A DNA stretch of 64,000 nucleotides from Alphaproteobacteria bacterium. Its GTDB lineage: Bacteria; Pseudomonadota; Alphaproteobacteria; Bin95. Of the stretch, positions 27,499 to 37,110 are shown piece by piece (within the stretch, counting starts at the first letter, position 1; every line of letters begins with the position of its first letter). Location: positions 992,001 to 1,056,000 of the forward strand of contig OZ224045.1 of the NCBI GenBank assembly GCA_963665325.3, in the 5' to 3' direction. A model generated the notes under the pieces. It saw only the letters and a list, made by a program, of their open reading frames with translations, did not search any database and was not told the origin of the DNA. The position numbers were made by a program, and so were the translations under genes.

Positions 27499-28809
27499 AT
27501 GACCATGACCGGCAAGCTGGAAGCCTTCTCGAAGGCGAATGGCGTCAGGTATTTCCTCTTCAACTTCACCGACATTCGCGGGATGCAGCGCTCCAAGCTG
27601 GTGCCTGCGGCGGCCGCGCCGGCGATGGAGGAGGCGGGCGCCGGGTTTGCCGGTTTCGCCACCTATCTGGACATGACGCCGGCCCACCCCGACATGCTGG
27701 CCGTGCCGGATACCGGGAGTGTCATCCAGCTTCCCTGGCAGCGCGATGTGGCGTGGGTCGCGGGCGATCTGGTCATGGACGGCCGGCCGGTCGAGCAGGC
27801 GCCGCGCATCGTGTTGAAGAACCTCGTTGCGAGGGCTGCGGCGCAGGGGCTGCGGATGAAATCCGGGGTCGAGGCCGAATACCACCTGATCGACGCCGAC
27901 GGCACGGATATTTCGGACCCGCGCGATATCGATGCGAAGCCCTGCTACGACCAGCAGGCCCTGATGCGCCGGTACGATGTCGTGTCCGAGATTTGCGACG
28001 CCATGCTGGAATTGGGCTGGGGCCCCTACCAGAACGACCATGAGGACGCCAATGGCCAGTTCGAGATGAACTGGGACTATGACGATGTTCTCGTGACGGC
28101 GGACCGGCACGCGTTCTTCAAATTCATGGTGAAGTCCATCGCCGAGAAGCACGGCTTGCGCGCCACCTTCATGCCGAAGCCGTTCCTCAACCTGACCGGC
28201 AACGGGTGCCATGCGCATGTGTCGGTCTGGGACGTGGACGGAAAAAACAACCTGTTCCACGACCCGGACGGGGAGCTCGGCCTGTCGGAGCTTGCCCTGC
28301 ATTTCCTCGGCGGCGTGCTCCACCATGCCGAAGCGCTCTGTGCCGTGACCAACCCGATCGTGAATTCCTACAAGCGCATCAACGCGCCCGTGACTTCGTC
28401 GGGCGCGACCTGGTCGCCCAACACCGTGAGCTGGACGGGCAACAACCGCACGCACATGGTGCGTATCCCCGATGAGGGGCGCTTCGAACTCCGGCTCGCC
28501 GACGGCGCGGCCAACCCCTATCTGCTGCAGGCGGCCTGTCTGGCGGCCGGTCTCGACGGAATCGAGAACAGGCGCGATCCGGGAAAGCGGAGCGACCTCG
28601 ACATGTATGCCGAAGGTCACAGGCGCCGGGTCAGGCGGCTGCCGAACTACCTGCTCGACGCGATTCGCGCGTTCGACCGCAATGCGGTGCTGAAGAGTGC
28701 GCTCGGGGCGGAGTTCTCGGCCGCCTATGTGAAACTCAAGATGCAGGAATGGGACGCCTATTCCCGGCATCTGAGCGACTGGGAGCGGGAAACCTCGCTG
28801 GATATCTGA
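27499..28809 (+). CDS. gmaS: gamma-glutamylmethylamide synthetase (GlnT-type glutamate-ammonia ligase family)
   Basis: AGFAGFA, KPCYDQQALMR, DHEDANGQFEMN, TFMPKPF, SGATWSP; downstream of mgsABC. Confidence 0.88.
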   Translation: MTMTGKLEAFSKANGVRYFLFNFTDIRGMQRSKLVPAAAAPAMEEAGAGFAGFATYLDMTPAHPDMLAVPDTGSVIQLPWQRDVAWVAGDLVMDGRPVEQAPRIVLKNLVARAAAQGLRMKSGVEAEYHLIDADGTDISDPRDIDAKPCYDQQALMRRYDVVSEICDAMLELGWGPYQNDHEDANGQFEMNWDYDDVLVTADRHAFFKFMVKSIAEKHGLRATFMPKPFLNLTGNGCHAHVSVWDVDGKNNLFHDPDGELGLSELALHFLGGVLHHAEALCAVTNPIVNSYKRINAPVTSSGATWSPNTVSWTGNNRTHMVRIPDEGRFELRLADGAANPYLLQAACLAAGLDGIENRRDPGKRSDLDMYAEGHRRRVRRLPNYLLDAIRAFDRNAVLKSALGAEFSAAYVKLKMQEWDAYSRHLSDWERETSLDI

Positions 28810-28851
28810 ACCGGCGGCCCGCTGCGATTTCGGGGCTACGGCATGGGTTGC

Positions 28852-29595
28852 ATGGATCGCGAATACGGGCCGGGCGGCTGGATCGGCATCGGGGTGCCGC
28901 AGGCGAACCCGACGGTCGAGGCGGAGATGCGCCGGTTCATGCGGCCCGACGCGGAAATCCTCACCTCCCGTCTGGTGAGCCGCGCGCCGACCTCCGTAGA
29001 GCGGTTGATCGATTATTACGACCGGCTCGACCGCACCCTGGACAGCTACGATGTGCTGCGGCCCGATGTCTACGGCTTTGCCTGCACCGGGTCTTCCTAT
29101 CTCGTCGGCGCGGAGCGGGAAGCGGAGATCGTCGCCGGGGCGGAAGCGCGGCTCGGTTGCCCGTTCGTCACGGCCGCGCAGGCCATTCTGGACGCGCTGG
29201 AGGCCTTGGGCGTGGAGCGCGTCGCGCTGCTGGCGCCCTACCCGGCGGAGATCGTCGAAGCAGGGGTCGCCTATTGGCGCGCCGCAGGGCTCTCCATCGT
29301 CCAGACCATGGCCATCGACCTCAACTCGCAGGACACGCGCCGGATTTACGGGCTCCGCAGCTCGGATGCCCTCGCTGCGCTGGACGCCGGCGTATCCGAC
29401 GATGCCGAGGCGCTGCTGATGAGCGGAACCGGAATGCCGACGCTGGCCGCGCTGGGGCCGGCTGCAGCGCGGATCGGCCGGCCAGTCCTGTCATCCAACT
29501 ACTGCCTTGCCTGGGCCTTGCGCCGGGCTCTGGGCGAGGATGTCGGCCTCCGGTCTGCCGACAACGGCCCCGCACTCCTTCAGCCGGGGCAGTAG
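28852..29595 (+). CDS. maleate isomerase / arylmalonate decarboxylase / Asp-Glu racemase superfamily protein
   Basis: GIGVPQANPTVEAE, FACTGSS, SGTGMPT, PVLSSN. Confidence 0.8.
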   Translation: MDREYGPGGWIGIGVPQANPTVEAEMRRFMRPDAEILTSRLVSRAPTSVERLIDYYDRLDRTLDSYDVLRPDVYGFACTGSSYLVGAEREAEIVAGAEARLGCPFVTAAQAILDALEALGVERVALLAPYPAEIVEAGVAYWRAAGLSIVQTMAIDLNSQDTRRIYGLRSSDALAALDAGVSDDAEALLMSGTGMPTLAALGPAAARIGRPVLSSNYCLAWALRRALGEDVGLRSADNGPALLQPGQ

Positions 29596-29622
29596 GCTCC
29601 CGGCGGCAGGACGATCCCGCCT

Positions 29623-30852
29623 CTATATCACCCCGCGTTCCTTCAGGTCGGCCACCGCCGCCACATCGAGGGCGAGGAGCCGTTCGAACACCTCCCGGTT
29701 GTGGTGGCCGAGTTTCGCGCCGCCTTCGAGCTTCGGCAGGTCGCCGCCGGAGAACTTGACCGGGAATCCCGAGACGATCCCGTGTTCCACCGGCTCGTCC
29801 GAATCCTGCCTGTACATCGGCTTGAGCGTGCCGCGGGCGCGAAAATGCTCGTCCTCAATCGCTTCGGAAATCGTGCGGACCCGCGCAACCGGCACGCCTG
29901 CCGCCTGGAGGAGCGCGATGCCTTCCGCGCAGCTGTATGCGCCCAGGCGCGCTTGGATCTCCTGCCGCAATGCGTCGATGTTCGCTTCCCTGTCTTCCGG
30001 GGTTGCGAAACGCGGCTCCTCCAGAAGCGCGGAGGCGTCGAGCGCGCCCAGCAGGGCACGGAGCCGCAGCGACAAGCCGACCGTGATAATCACGTCGCCG
30101 TCGGTGAGTCGGTAAAGGCCGGTCACATCGTTCCGGCTGTCATTGCCGGCGCGGACCGGTTGTCCCTCCTGCAGCACATACTCCATGGGTTCCATGAACA
30201 TGAGGGTTGCGAGCGTGTCGATCATCGAAGCGTCGAGATATTGCCCCTCGCCCGTCCGTTCCTTGTTCCGAAGGGCCCCTAGGATCGAATAGGCGGCGTA
30301 GAGCGGCGTCACCAGGTCGCCGACGAACACGCCGATCCGCGTCGGTGGGCCGTCCGCCGAACCGTTCATGTCCATGATGCCTGACATGGCCTGGATCTGG
30401 TGGTCGTGCGCGGGCAGGTCCTTGTAAGGGCCGGTCTGGCCGTAGCCGGCGATGGAGCAATAGACGATGCCCGGATTGACGGCGGAAACATCCTCGTATC
30501 CGAGGCCGAGCCGCTTCATCGAGCCGGGCGAAAGATTTTCCACCACCACGTCGGACTGTTTCGCCATCTCGAGGAACATCCGGCGCCCCTCCGGGTCCTT
30601 CAGGTTCAGCGTGACACTCTTCACGCCCTCGGAGCGCTTCAGGAACCGGATCGAGAGGTCGTCCTCCGTTTGCCGCTCTGCATGGATGCCCTTCGGTCCG
30701 TGAAAGGGGCCGGCGCCGCGGATGGGTTCTCCCGCGCCCGGCGCCTCGACCTTGATGACCTCCGCGCCGAAGCGCGCGAGCGTCATGCTGAGGAACGGGC
30801 CGGCCAGGAACACCGTAACCGATAGCACACGGATGTCGTCGAGGGGTTTCAT
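29623..30852 (-). CDS. CaiB/BaiF family III CoA-transferase
   Basis: LAGPF, GAEVIKVE, DVVVENLSPG, GYGQTGPY, D..IQAMSG. Confidence 0.92.
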   Translation of the reverse strand: MKPLDDIRVLSVTVFLAGPFLSMTLARFGAEVIKVEAPGAGEPIRGAGPFHGPKGIHAERQTEDDLSIRFLKRSEGVKSVTLNLKDPEGRRMFLEMAKQSDVVVENLSPGSMKRLGLGYEDVSAVNPGIVYCSIAGYGQTGPYKDLPAHDHQIQAMSGIMDMNGSADGPPTRIGVFVGDLVTPLYAAYSILGALRNKERTGEGQYLDASMIDTLATLMFMEPMEYVLQEGQPVRAGNDSRNDVTGLYRLTDGDVIITVGLSLRLRALLGALDASALLEEPRFATPEDREANIDALRQEIQARLGAYSCAEGIALLQAAGVPVARVRTISEAIEDEHFRARGTLKPMYRQDSDEPVEHGIVSGFPVKFSGGDLPKLEGGAKLGHHNREVFERLLALDVAAVADLKERGVI

Positions 30853-30927
30853 TCGGAGATTTCCGGTAGCGGATGAAGTCGTGCCGGCACGCAAACGAGG
30901 CTCCAGCGGCCTGCCGGCGCAATACGA

Positions 30928-31815
30928 TTATGCTGGCTGCGCCACCCGGGCCGGATCGCCGGTGTCGAGCGTGGTGACGCGGCGCATCTCCCGGCGGTGC
31001 ACGGTGTCCTCGTAGGGGCAGGCGCGGTGCATGGTGGCGCGGTTGTCCCAGATCACGAAATCCCCGTCCCGCCAGGAATGGCGGTACACCAACTCGGGCC
31101 GGGTCGCGTGCTCTGTGAGCTCGCGGATGAGAAGCCGGCCTTCGGGGATGGGCCGGTCGAGTATCCGCGAGGCATGCGAGGCGAGGTAGAGGGCCCGGCG
31201 TCCGGTTCTCGGGTTGGTCAGTACCAGCGGATGAATGGCGCCCTTGAGCCGGTCCCGCTCCTCCTCGGAGAACTCGAAGCCGAGCGTCATCCGCGAGTGC
31301 GCGATGGAATGATGCACGCGGAGGCCTTCCAGTCCTGCCCTCGTCTCCTCCGGCAGCGTGTCGTATGCGGTGCGCATGTCCGCAAACTCGGTGTCGGCCG
31401 GCACCGGCGGCACCACGAGGGCAGCGAGCATGGAATAACGGCCCCGCGGGTCCTGGAACGAGGCGTCGGTGTGCCAGAGCCGGTTGCCGAGACTGTAGAG
31501 GCGCTTGCGGCTGTTCGCGTCCAGCACCTCCCCGCCCGCACCGACATTCGACACATCGGAGAGCGCGTTATCGCCGAAGCGGTTCTTCTCGAGAACGCTG
31601 ATGCCGGTCTTGCGGTGGAGTTCCCCGTCGAGCCGGGTGGCGAAACCGAGTTGCTCCTCGTTCGCGAATGCCTGGTCCCGGAAGACGAGCACGGCATGTT
31701 CGTCCATGGCCGCCCGGATTCCCTCGAGGGCCTCCTCCTCATGCACGCGGCGGAGATCGACCGGGCTCGCCTCGGCGGCGAAATGCGGGTGAAGCTTTCG
31801 GAACCGGAGTGTCAT
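30928..31815 (-). CDS. TauD/TfdA family Fe(II)/2-oxoglutarate dioxygenase
   Basis: WHTDASF (HxD), TEFADMR, WDNRATMHRA. Confidence 0.92.
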   Translation of the reverse strand: MTLRFRKLHPHFAAEASPVDLRRVHEEEALEGIRAAMDEHAVLVFRDQAFANEEQLGFATRLDGELHRKTGISVLEKNRFGDNALSDVSNVGAGGEVLDANSRKRLYSLGNRLWHTDASFQDPRGRYSMLAALVVPPVPADTEFADMRTAYDTLPEETRAGLEGLRVHHSIAHSRMTLGFEFSEEERDRLKGAIHPLVLTNPRTGRRALYLASHASRILDRPIPEGRLLIRELTEHATRPELVYRHSWRDGDFVIWDNRATMHRACPYEDTVHRREMRRVTTLDTGDPARVAQPA

Positions 31816-32747
31816 GGCCGCCTCCCACCATGTGAAGGCCGTTGCGGGCCCGTTTCGATCGGGAGGCCGGGATCGGGGGCCCAATCTCCCATCGAGCCGT
31901 CATAGAGGGTGAGGTCGTCGTAACCGAGCTGGTGGAGAAGGAACAGGCCGACAGTGGCGGAGATGCCGCCGCCGCAATAGGCAACGACATGGCGATCCCG
32001 CCCGACGCCGGCTTCCTCGTGCAGCCGCCGCGCCTTGTCGAGCGGCACGAAGGCCCCGGTCGCCGGATCGAGCAGGCCGGCTGCGGGCACATTGAGGCTG
32101 CCGGGGATGCGTCCGGGCCTGCCGTAGCGGCTTGGTCCCTCGCCCAGATGGAATGCGGGCGCCAGCGCATTCACCATGACGGTGCCGTCATCTTCGAGCC
32201 GGGAGAGCACATAGTCCCTGTCCACGAACTGGCCGGGCGCGAGCGCCGCCGTGAACTTCGCCCGCGGGTATTGCGCCGGCGCGGTCGATACCGGGCGTCC
32301 CTCTGCCTTCCACTTCTCCCAGCCGCCGTCGAGCACGGCCGCGCCGTTGAAGCCGAAGGCGCGCAGCATCCACCAGACCCTGGTCGCCCACATGATGCTG
32401 CCGGCCGAGTAGAGAACCACGCGGGAGTCGTCGCCGATACCGAGCGCGCCCATTGCATCCGCGAATCGCTCGGGCGACGGGGCCTGGAACCTGAGCCGCG
32501 TTTCCGGGTCGGAAGCCTCGCCCTGGATGTCGAGAAAGACGGCGCCGGGGATATGCGCCTCATCGTATTCGGCCCGGCCCGGCACCACCCGGTAGGGAGC
32601 GTCGTCGCCGGGCTCCGCTGGCCTCAGCCATGTGGTGCAGTCCACGATGCGAAGCCCTGGCGTGCCGAGGCTGTTCTCGAGCTCGCCGGTCTGGATGAGC
32701 GCCTGCGGCTCGCGCCATTGCGAAAGGTCGGCCCGGCCATCGGTCAT
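31812..32747 (-). CDS. tandem-domain rhodanese / sulfurtransferase (SseA-like)
   Basis: HIPGAVF, LDGGWEKW, GRIPGS, catalytic YCGGGISA, LYDGSMGDW. Confidence 0.9.
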   Translation of the reverse strand: MTDGRADLSQWREPQALIQTGELENSLGTPGLRIVDCTTWLRPAEPGDDAPYRVVPGRAEYDEAHIPGAVFLDIQGEASDPETRLRFQAPSPERFADAMGALGIGDDSRVVLYSAGSIMWATRVWWMLRAFGFNGAAVLDGGWEKWKAEGRPVSTAPAQYPRAKFTAALAPGQFVDRDYVLSRLEDDGTVMVNALAPAFHLGEGPSRYGRPGRIPGSLNVPAAGLLDPATGAFVPLDKARRLHEEAGVGRDRHVVAYCGGGISATVGLFLLHQLGYDDLTLYDGSMGDWAPDPGLPIETGPQRPSHGGRRP

Positions 32748-32889
32748 CCGCGGTCTCCTTGCGTCACCATTGCCCGGCGGATTCAATAGCACGAACAACC
32801 GGTGAAAATCCTCGGCGGTCGCGCTGCCGCGATTTACGGTCCGGAAGAGCGGTTGTAGGATTGCGAACAGCAAGGATAGGGAGGACGGC

Positions 32890-33303
32890 ATGACCGACAA
32901 TTGGGACTTTGCGCACAACAGGGCCTCGGAGGCCATCTGGACGGAGGGCCTGCGGGAGATCTTCGAATACCGGGACCTCGGCATCAAGGCGGCGACCAAG
33001 GGCGACTACATCGCGCATATCGTCAAGGCGAACGGCAAGGAAATGAAGGACGAGGTGCAGCACTGGCATGTCCATGACTGCACCTTCCAGTTCGTCATGG
33101 TGCTGAACGGCTGGGCCGAGTTCGAATATGCCGGAGAGGGCGTGCGCCGCATCGAGAAGGGCGACGTCATCAACCAGCGCCCCGGCATCCCGCATCGCGA
33201 AATCGCCTGCTCCAAGGATTTCGAGGTCCTGGAAATCGTCGCGCCGGCGAACTTCGAGACCCGCATCGTGGAAGCGCCCGTTTCGGCCGCAGCGGCGGAG
33301 TGA
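32890..33303 (+). CDS. cupin domain protein
   Basis: WHVHD...FQFVMVLNGW and GD...QRPGIPH cupin motifs; GGAGG RBS. Confidence 0.85.
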   Translation: MTDNWDFAHNRASEAIWTEGLREIFEYRDLGIKAATKGDYIAHIVKANGKEMKDEVQHWHVHDCTFQFVMVLNGWAEFEYAGEGVRRIEKGDVINQRPGIPHREIACSKDFEVLEIVAPANFETRIVEAPVSAAAAE

Positions 33304-33328
33304 ACGGCGCGGGTGCTGCTTCCGGACT

Positions 33329-33886
33329 TCACGCCGCGAACGAACGCAGCATCCCGACAAACGATCCGGCCACGACTTCCAGCGGGCCCTCATTGACGAG
33401 GGTTCGGACATGGCCGTTGGCCGCGGGCTCAGGCACCGACCGCGCAAGGCGCCCTGTGCGTTCCTTCGGCGTTTCGCGGCCCCTGTCCCCTATGCGCCGG
33501 GCAAGCACCTCCGCGCTAGCCGTGACGTGGATGACGCCAACCCGCGCGAACCGGCTTTGCGCTTCCCGGACGACGGTCCGGGAAGCGTTGGCTGCAACGA
33601 TCCGCCGGTTCGCTATTAGCTCGGCTACCGATGCCGGCAATGCATAAGAGAACCCGTGTGCGCGCCAGGACAGGCTGAACCGGCCGGCGCGTTCGCAGGC
33701 GGCAAATTCCTCCTCCGTCAGTGCGACATGATCCTCGTGCGGGTCTCCGGCGGGGCGGGTGATGTAGCGCCGGACGAAGCAATAACGCCCCTCGTCCCGG
33801 AGTGCCGCCGCGGCCCGCCGGAGAAGCGTGTCCTTGCCGGCGCCGCTCGGGCCGACGACGAGCACGAGGCAGCCGGGGGAAGCCAT
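33329..33886 (-). CDS. phnN: ribose 1,5-bisphosphokinase (start could be TTG 33910)
   Basis: VVGPSGAGKDTL, RRYITRP, WRAHG; last gene of phn operon. Confidence 0.9.
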   Translation of the reverse strand: MASPGCLVLVVGPSGAGKDTLLRRAAAALRDEGRYCFVRRYITRPAGDPHEDHVALTEEEFAACERAGRFSLSWRAHGFSYALPASVAELIANRRIVAANASRTVVREAQSRFARVGVIHVTASAEVLARRIGDRGRETPKERTGRLARSVPEPAANGHVRTLVNEGPLEVVAGSFVGMLRSFAA

Positions 33887-33906
33887 TCCTCTTCCCGCCC
33901 CGCCGG

Positions 33907-34452
33907 TCAACTCCGGATCGAGGCTTCGATATGGGGGCGGTAGCGGTCGAGGCCCGGCGTTACGGCTTTGGGGTCCTTGGCCTGGTCGTCCCAGCGGCGC
34001 ACGGCGAGCGCGTCATGCGCAAAAGGCCGGGCGATGAACGCGGCCGCTTCGGGCTCGCTGAAGGGGCCGCCCTGCAGCTCCAGGCTCCGCACCGATGCCG
34101 GCGACAAAGTATCGAAATAAGCGGGATCGGCGGCGCAAAGATAGCGTTTGGCATCGACATGCAGGCCGATCGGCCCCGTGACCTCCTCGCCGAACCATCT
34201 GGCCAGATACTTGCTCCCCAGCGTCTCGTGGCGGTCGTCGATACCCCGCATGGCGGCGTCCTCTCCGAGCTTGTGGATCAGGTGCCCGAAGTCGTGCAGC
34301 AGTGCCGCGACCACGAGCGGGTCCGGCGCCCCGGAGCATTCCGCGAGATGCGCGCATTGCAAGGCGTGCTGAAGCTGGCTGACGGCTTCGTCTCCATATT
34401 GCGCCGCGCCGCTCGTCTCCAGGATTTCCAGAATCCGGTCCGCTGCCGACAT
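33907..34452 (-). CDS. phosphonate-associated HD-domain diiron oxygenase (PhnZ/TmpB-like)
   Basis: SQLQHALQCA, AALLHDFGH, HVDAKRYL, SLELQG, RRWDDQAK. Confidence 0.85.
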   Translation of the reverse strand: MSAADRILEILETSGAAQYGDEAVSQLQHALQCAHLAECSGAPDPLVVAALLHDFGHLIHKLGEDAAMRGIDDRHETLGSKYLARWFGEEVTGPIGLHVDAKRYLCAADPAYFDTLSPASVRSLELQGGPFSEPEAAAFIARPFAHDALAVRRWDDQAKDPKAVTPGLDRYRPHIEASIRS

Positions 34453-34469
34453 GGTCCCCTCGCTCCCGC

Positions 34470-35603
34470 CTAAACGACCCGGTGCCCTACGCGCCATGTG
34501 CCGCACACGACCGCGACGCCCTCGATTTCCCTGACGCGGATGAAGTCCGCCCGCTTGCCGGCAGCGATCTCGCCCCGGTCCTCCAGCCCGACCGCCCGAG
34601 CAGGATTTGCCGTCGCCACCGCAGCCGCGCGGGGCAGCGTCATGTCCGGGATGCCGTCGCGCAGCAGGAACACGCCCTGGAGGGTACTCGACGGCACATA
34701 GTCGGACGACAGGATGTCGAGAAGCCCGGAGGAGGCGAGGTCGAGGGCCGAGACATTGCCGGAATGCGAACCGCCCAGCACGAGGTTGGGCGCGCCCATC
34801 AATATGGCGAGGCCGTTCCCCCGGGCCGCTTCTGCGGCTTCGAGCTGGGTTGGGAATTCGGCGATGGCGACGCCGTCGCGCACCGACTCCTCGACATGCT
34901 CGACCGTCGCGTCGTCATGGCTCGCCAGGGCGATGTTCCGGCCCTCCAGCGCCTTGACGACCAGCGCGCGGTGGCGGGCGCTGAACTGTTGCTGAGCCTG
35001 CTGCTTGGCCTTCACATAGTCGTCCATCTCGTCGTCGTTCAGGCCGTAGCGGCCCTGGTAGTACTCGCGGTGCTTGCCGAGATCGACGAACTGCCTTTGC
35101 CCCGGTGTGTGGTCCATCAGGGAAACCAGGCGGACCAGAGGGTCGTCCATGAAGGGCGAGAAGCGTTCCATCAGGTCCGGGCTGGAGACCTCGCATCGCA
35201 GGTGCAGGAAATGCTCCGCGCGCAACACACCCCATCGCATCGCCCCCTTCACGGCATCCGCCATGCCCGAGAGGTGAACCGGGCGCGCCTTGTCGCCGCC
35301 GCCGATCCGCACGGTATCGAGCGCAGTCGTGATTCCGGCGGCGGCGAGCTGGCTGTCGTGGGCCAGTACCGCGGCCTGTGCCGGCCACTCGACGCCGGGG
35401 CGCGGGGTGAACTGGCGTTCCAGATTGTCGGTGTGAAGCTCGACGAGGCCGGGCAGCAGGTAGTCGCCTTCGAAATCGACGACCTCCCCGGACCGGACAA
35501 TGCCGTCTCCGATCGCCGCGAACCGGCCGTCCTCGATTTCGACGGTTCCGGAAACGATGTCGTCCGGCGTAACGATCCGGGCGTTGGTGACGGTGAGTGG
35601 CAT
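34470..35603 (-). CDS. phnM: alpha-D-ribose 1-methylphosphonate 5-triphosphate diphosphatase
   Basis: PGLVELHTDNLE, SLMDHTPGQRQ, GGSHSGNVSA, LSSDYVP. Confidence 0.96.
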   Translation of the reverse strand: MPLTVTNARIVTPDDIVSGTVEIEDGRFAAIGDGIVRSGEVVDFEGDYLLPGLVELHTDNLERQFTPRPGVEWPAQAAVLAHDSQLAAAGITTALDTVRIGGGDKARPVHLSGMADAVKGAMRWGVLRAEHFLHLRCEVSSPDLMERFSPFMDDPLVRLVSLMDHTPGQRQFVDLGKHREYYQGRYGLNDDEMDDYVKAKQQAQQQFSARHRALVVKALEGRNIALASHDDATVEHVEESVRDGVAIAEFPTQLEAAEAARGNGLAILMGAPNLVLGGSHSGNVSALDLASSGLLDILSSDYVPSSTLQGVFLLRDGIPDMTLPRAAAVATANPARAVGLEDRGEIAAGKRADFIRVREIEGVAVVCGTWRVGHRVV

Positions 35604-35605
35604 CG

Positions 35606-36304
35606 TTACGCAGCCTCCCGCACGGCGGACAATTGCACGGTCCGGTTTGCCACTGCGTCCCGCACTTGGGAATCGTGAAAGATCCCGACGACGGCGGCGC
35701 CCCTCCCGACGGCAGCGCGAATCAGCCCGACCGCCACCTCCCGGTTTTCCCGGTCCAGCGATGCGGTCGGCTCATCCAGCAGCAGGACGGGATAATCGGC
35801 GACGAAGACCCGCGCAAGATTGACGCGCTGCTGCTCGCCTCCGGAGAAGGTCGCAGGCGCCAGCCGGTGCAGCGCGGCCGGAATGTTGAGGCATTGCAGC
35901 ATCCCGCGTGCCGCCTTCGCCGCGTCCTCGCGGTCCGCGCCTCGACCGCGCAGAGGCTCTGCAACCACGTCTTCCGCCGCCACTCTCGGGACAACGCGCA
36001 GAAATTGGCTCACATATCCGATGGTCTCGCCGCGCACGGCGAGTATTTCCCTCGGGTGCGCCGACGCCATATCGACGGAGCCGTCCCGGTGCCGGACAAG
36101 GATGCGTCCCCGGTCCGTGCGGTAGTTTGCGTAAATGCAGCGGAGCACCGTGCTCTTGCCGATGCCGGAGGGGCCAAGAAGCGCCACGCACTCGCCCTCA
36201 TGGACCTCCAGGGCGAAGCCGTCCAGCACGGAGAGGCGAATGCCCCCCTGGTTGTGCAGGGTGAAGGATTTCGCCAGGTCGCTGATTGCGATTGCGGCTG
36301 TCAA
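35606..36304 (-). CDS. phnL: C-P lyase ABC ATPase subunit
   Basis: KSFTLHNQGG, GPSGIGKS, YVSQFLRVVPR, PATFSGGEQQR. Confidence 0.95.
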   Translation of the reverse strand: MTAAIAISDLAKSFTLHNQGGIRLSVLDGFALEVHEGECVALLGPSGIGKSTVLRCIYANYRTDRGRILVRHRDGSVDMASAHPREILAVRGETIGYVSQFLRVVPRVAAEDVVAEPLRGRGADREDAAKAARGMLQCLNIPAALHRLAPATFSGGEQQRVNLARVFVADYPVLLLDEPTASLDRENREVAVGLIRAAVGRGAAVVGIFHDSQVRDAVANRTVQLSAVREAA

Positions 36305-36323
36305 TGCCTGTGGCCCCTTGCTG

Positions 36324-37109
36324 TCACGGATGGATTACCGAAGACACGAGAAGCTGCGAATAGGGATGCTGCGGATCGTCGAGGACCTGGTCCGTCAGCC
36401 CGGATTCCACGACCTCGCCGCGGCGCATGACGATCAGGCGGTGCGACAGCAGGCGTGCGACGGCCAGATCGTGCGTCACGATAACGGCCGCCAGCCCGAG
36501 GTCCGACACGAGGCCGCGCAGCAGGTCGAGCAGCCGTGCCTGGACGGACACGTCGAGCCCGCCCGTGGGCTCGTCCATGAACACGATGCGGGGCGCCGTC
36601 ACCAGGTTGCGCGCGATCTGCAACCGCTGCTGCATACCGCCGGAGAAGGTGATCGGCAGGTCGTCCATGCGGCCCGTATCCATCTCGACCTTGTCGAGCC
36701 AGTCGGTGGCGGCATGCCGGATATTGCCGTAGTGGCGCGCGCCCACCGCCATCAGGCGCTCGCCGATATTGGCGCCCGCGCTCACCCCCATTCGGAGCCC
36801 TTCACGCGGGTTCTGGTGGACGAAGCCCCAATCGGTCCGCATGAGAAGGCGCCGTGCCGGTTCGCTTATGCGGTAGATGTCCGCCGGCCGGTCATGCCGC
36901 GTCATGTACTCGACTGTCCCTGCCGTCGGTTCGAGACGGGCGGAAATGCAGTGCAGCAGCGTTGTCTTGCCGGAGCCGGACTCGCCGACGACGCCCAGCA
37001 CTTCTCCGGGCCAGATCTCGAACGACACATCGCGGCAGCCGAGGATGCCATCGTAGAACTTCGTCACGCCCCGGGCGGAGAGGAGCGGCGGTGCGGCGTC
37101 GGGCTGCAT
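36324..37109 (-). CDS. phnK: C-P lyase ABC ATPase subunit
   Basis: GESGSGKT, RTDWGFVHQ, FSGGMQQR, LDDPQHPYSQLLVSS. Confidence 0.96.
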   Translation of the reverse strand: MQPDAAPPLLSARGVTKFYDGILGCRDVSFEIWPGEVLGVVGESGSGKTTLLHCISARLEPTAGTVEYMTRHDRPADIYRISEPARRLLMRTDWGFVHQNPREGLRMGVSAGANIGERLMAVGARHYGNIRHAATDWLDKVEMDTGRMDDLPITFSGGMQQRLQIARNLVTAPRIVFMDEPTGGLDVSVQARLLDLLRGLVSDLGLAAVIVTHDLAVARLLSHRLIVMRRGEVVESGLTDQVLDDPQHPYSQLLVSSVIHP

Positions 37110-37110
37110 A

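Noticed and set aside
23906-28809. Calling the cluster a split glutamate synthase plus glutamine synthetase
   Set aside because: Subunit sizes, motifs and co-location fit mgsABC/gmaS (glxBCD/glnT) better.
32890-33303. Cupin as a DMSP lyase (DddK/DddQ/DddW), given nearby dsyB
   Set aside because: It has HxH...FQ rather than the HxxxExY pattern I recall for Ddd cupins; no positive evidence.
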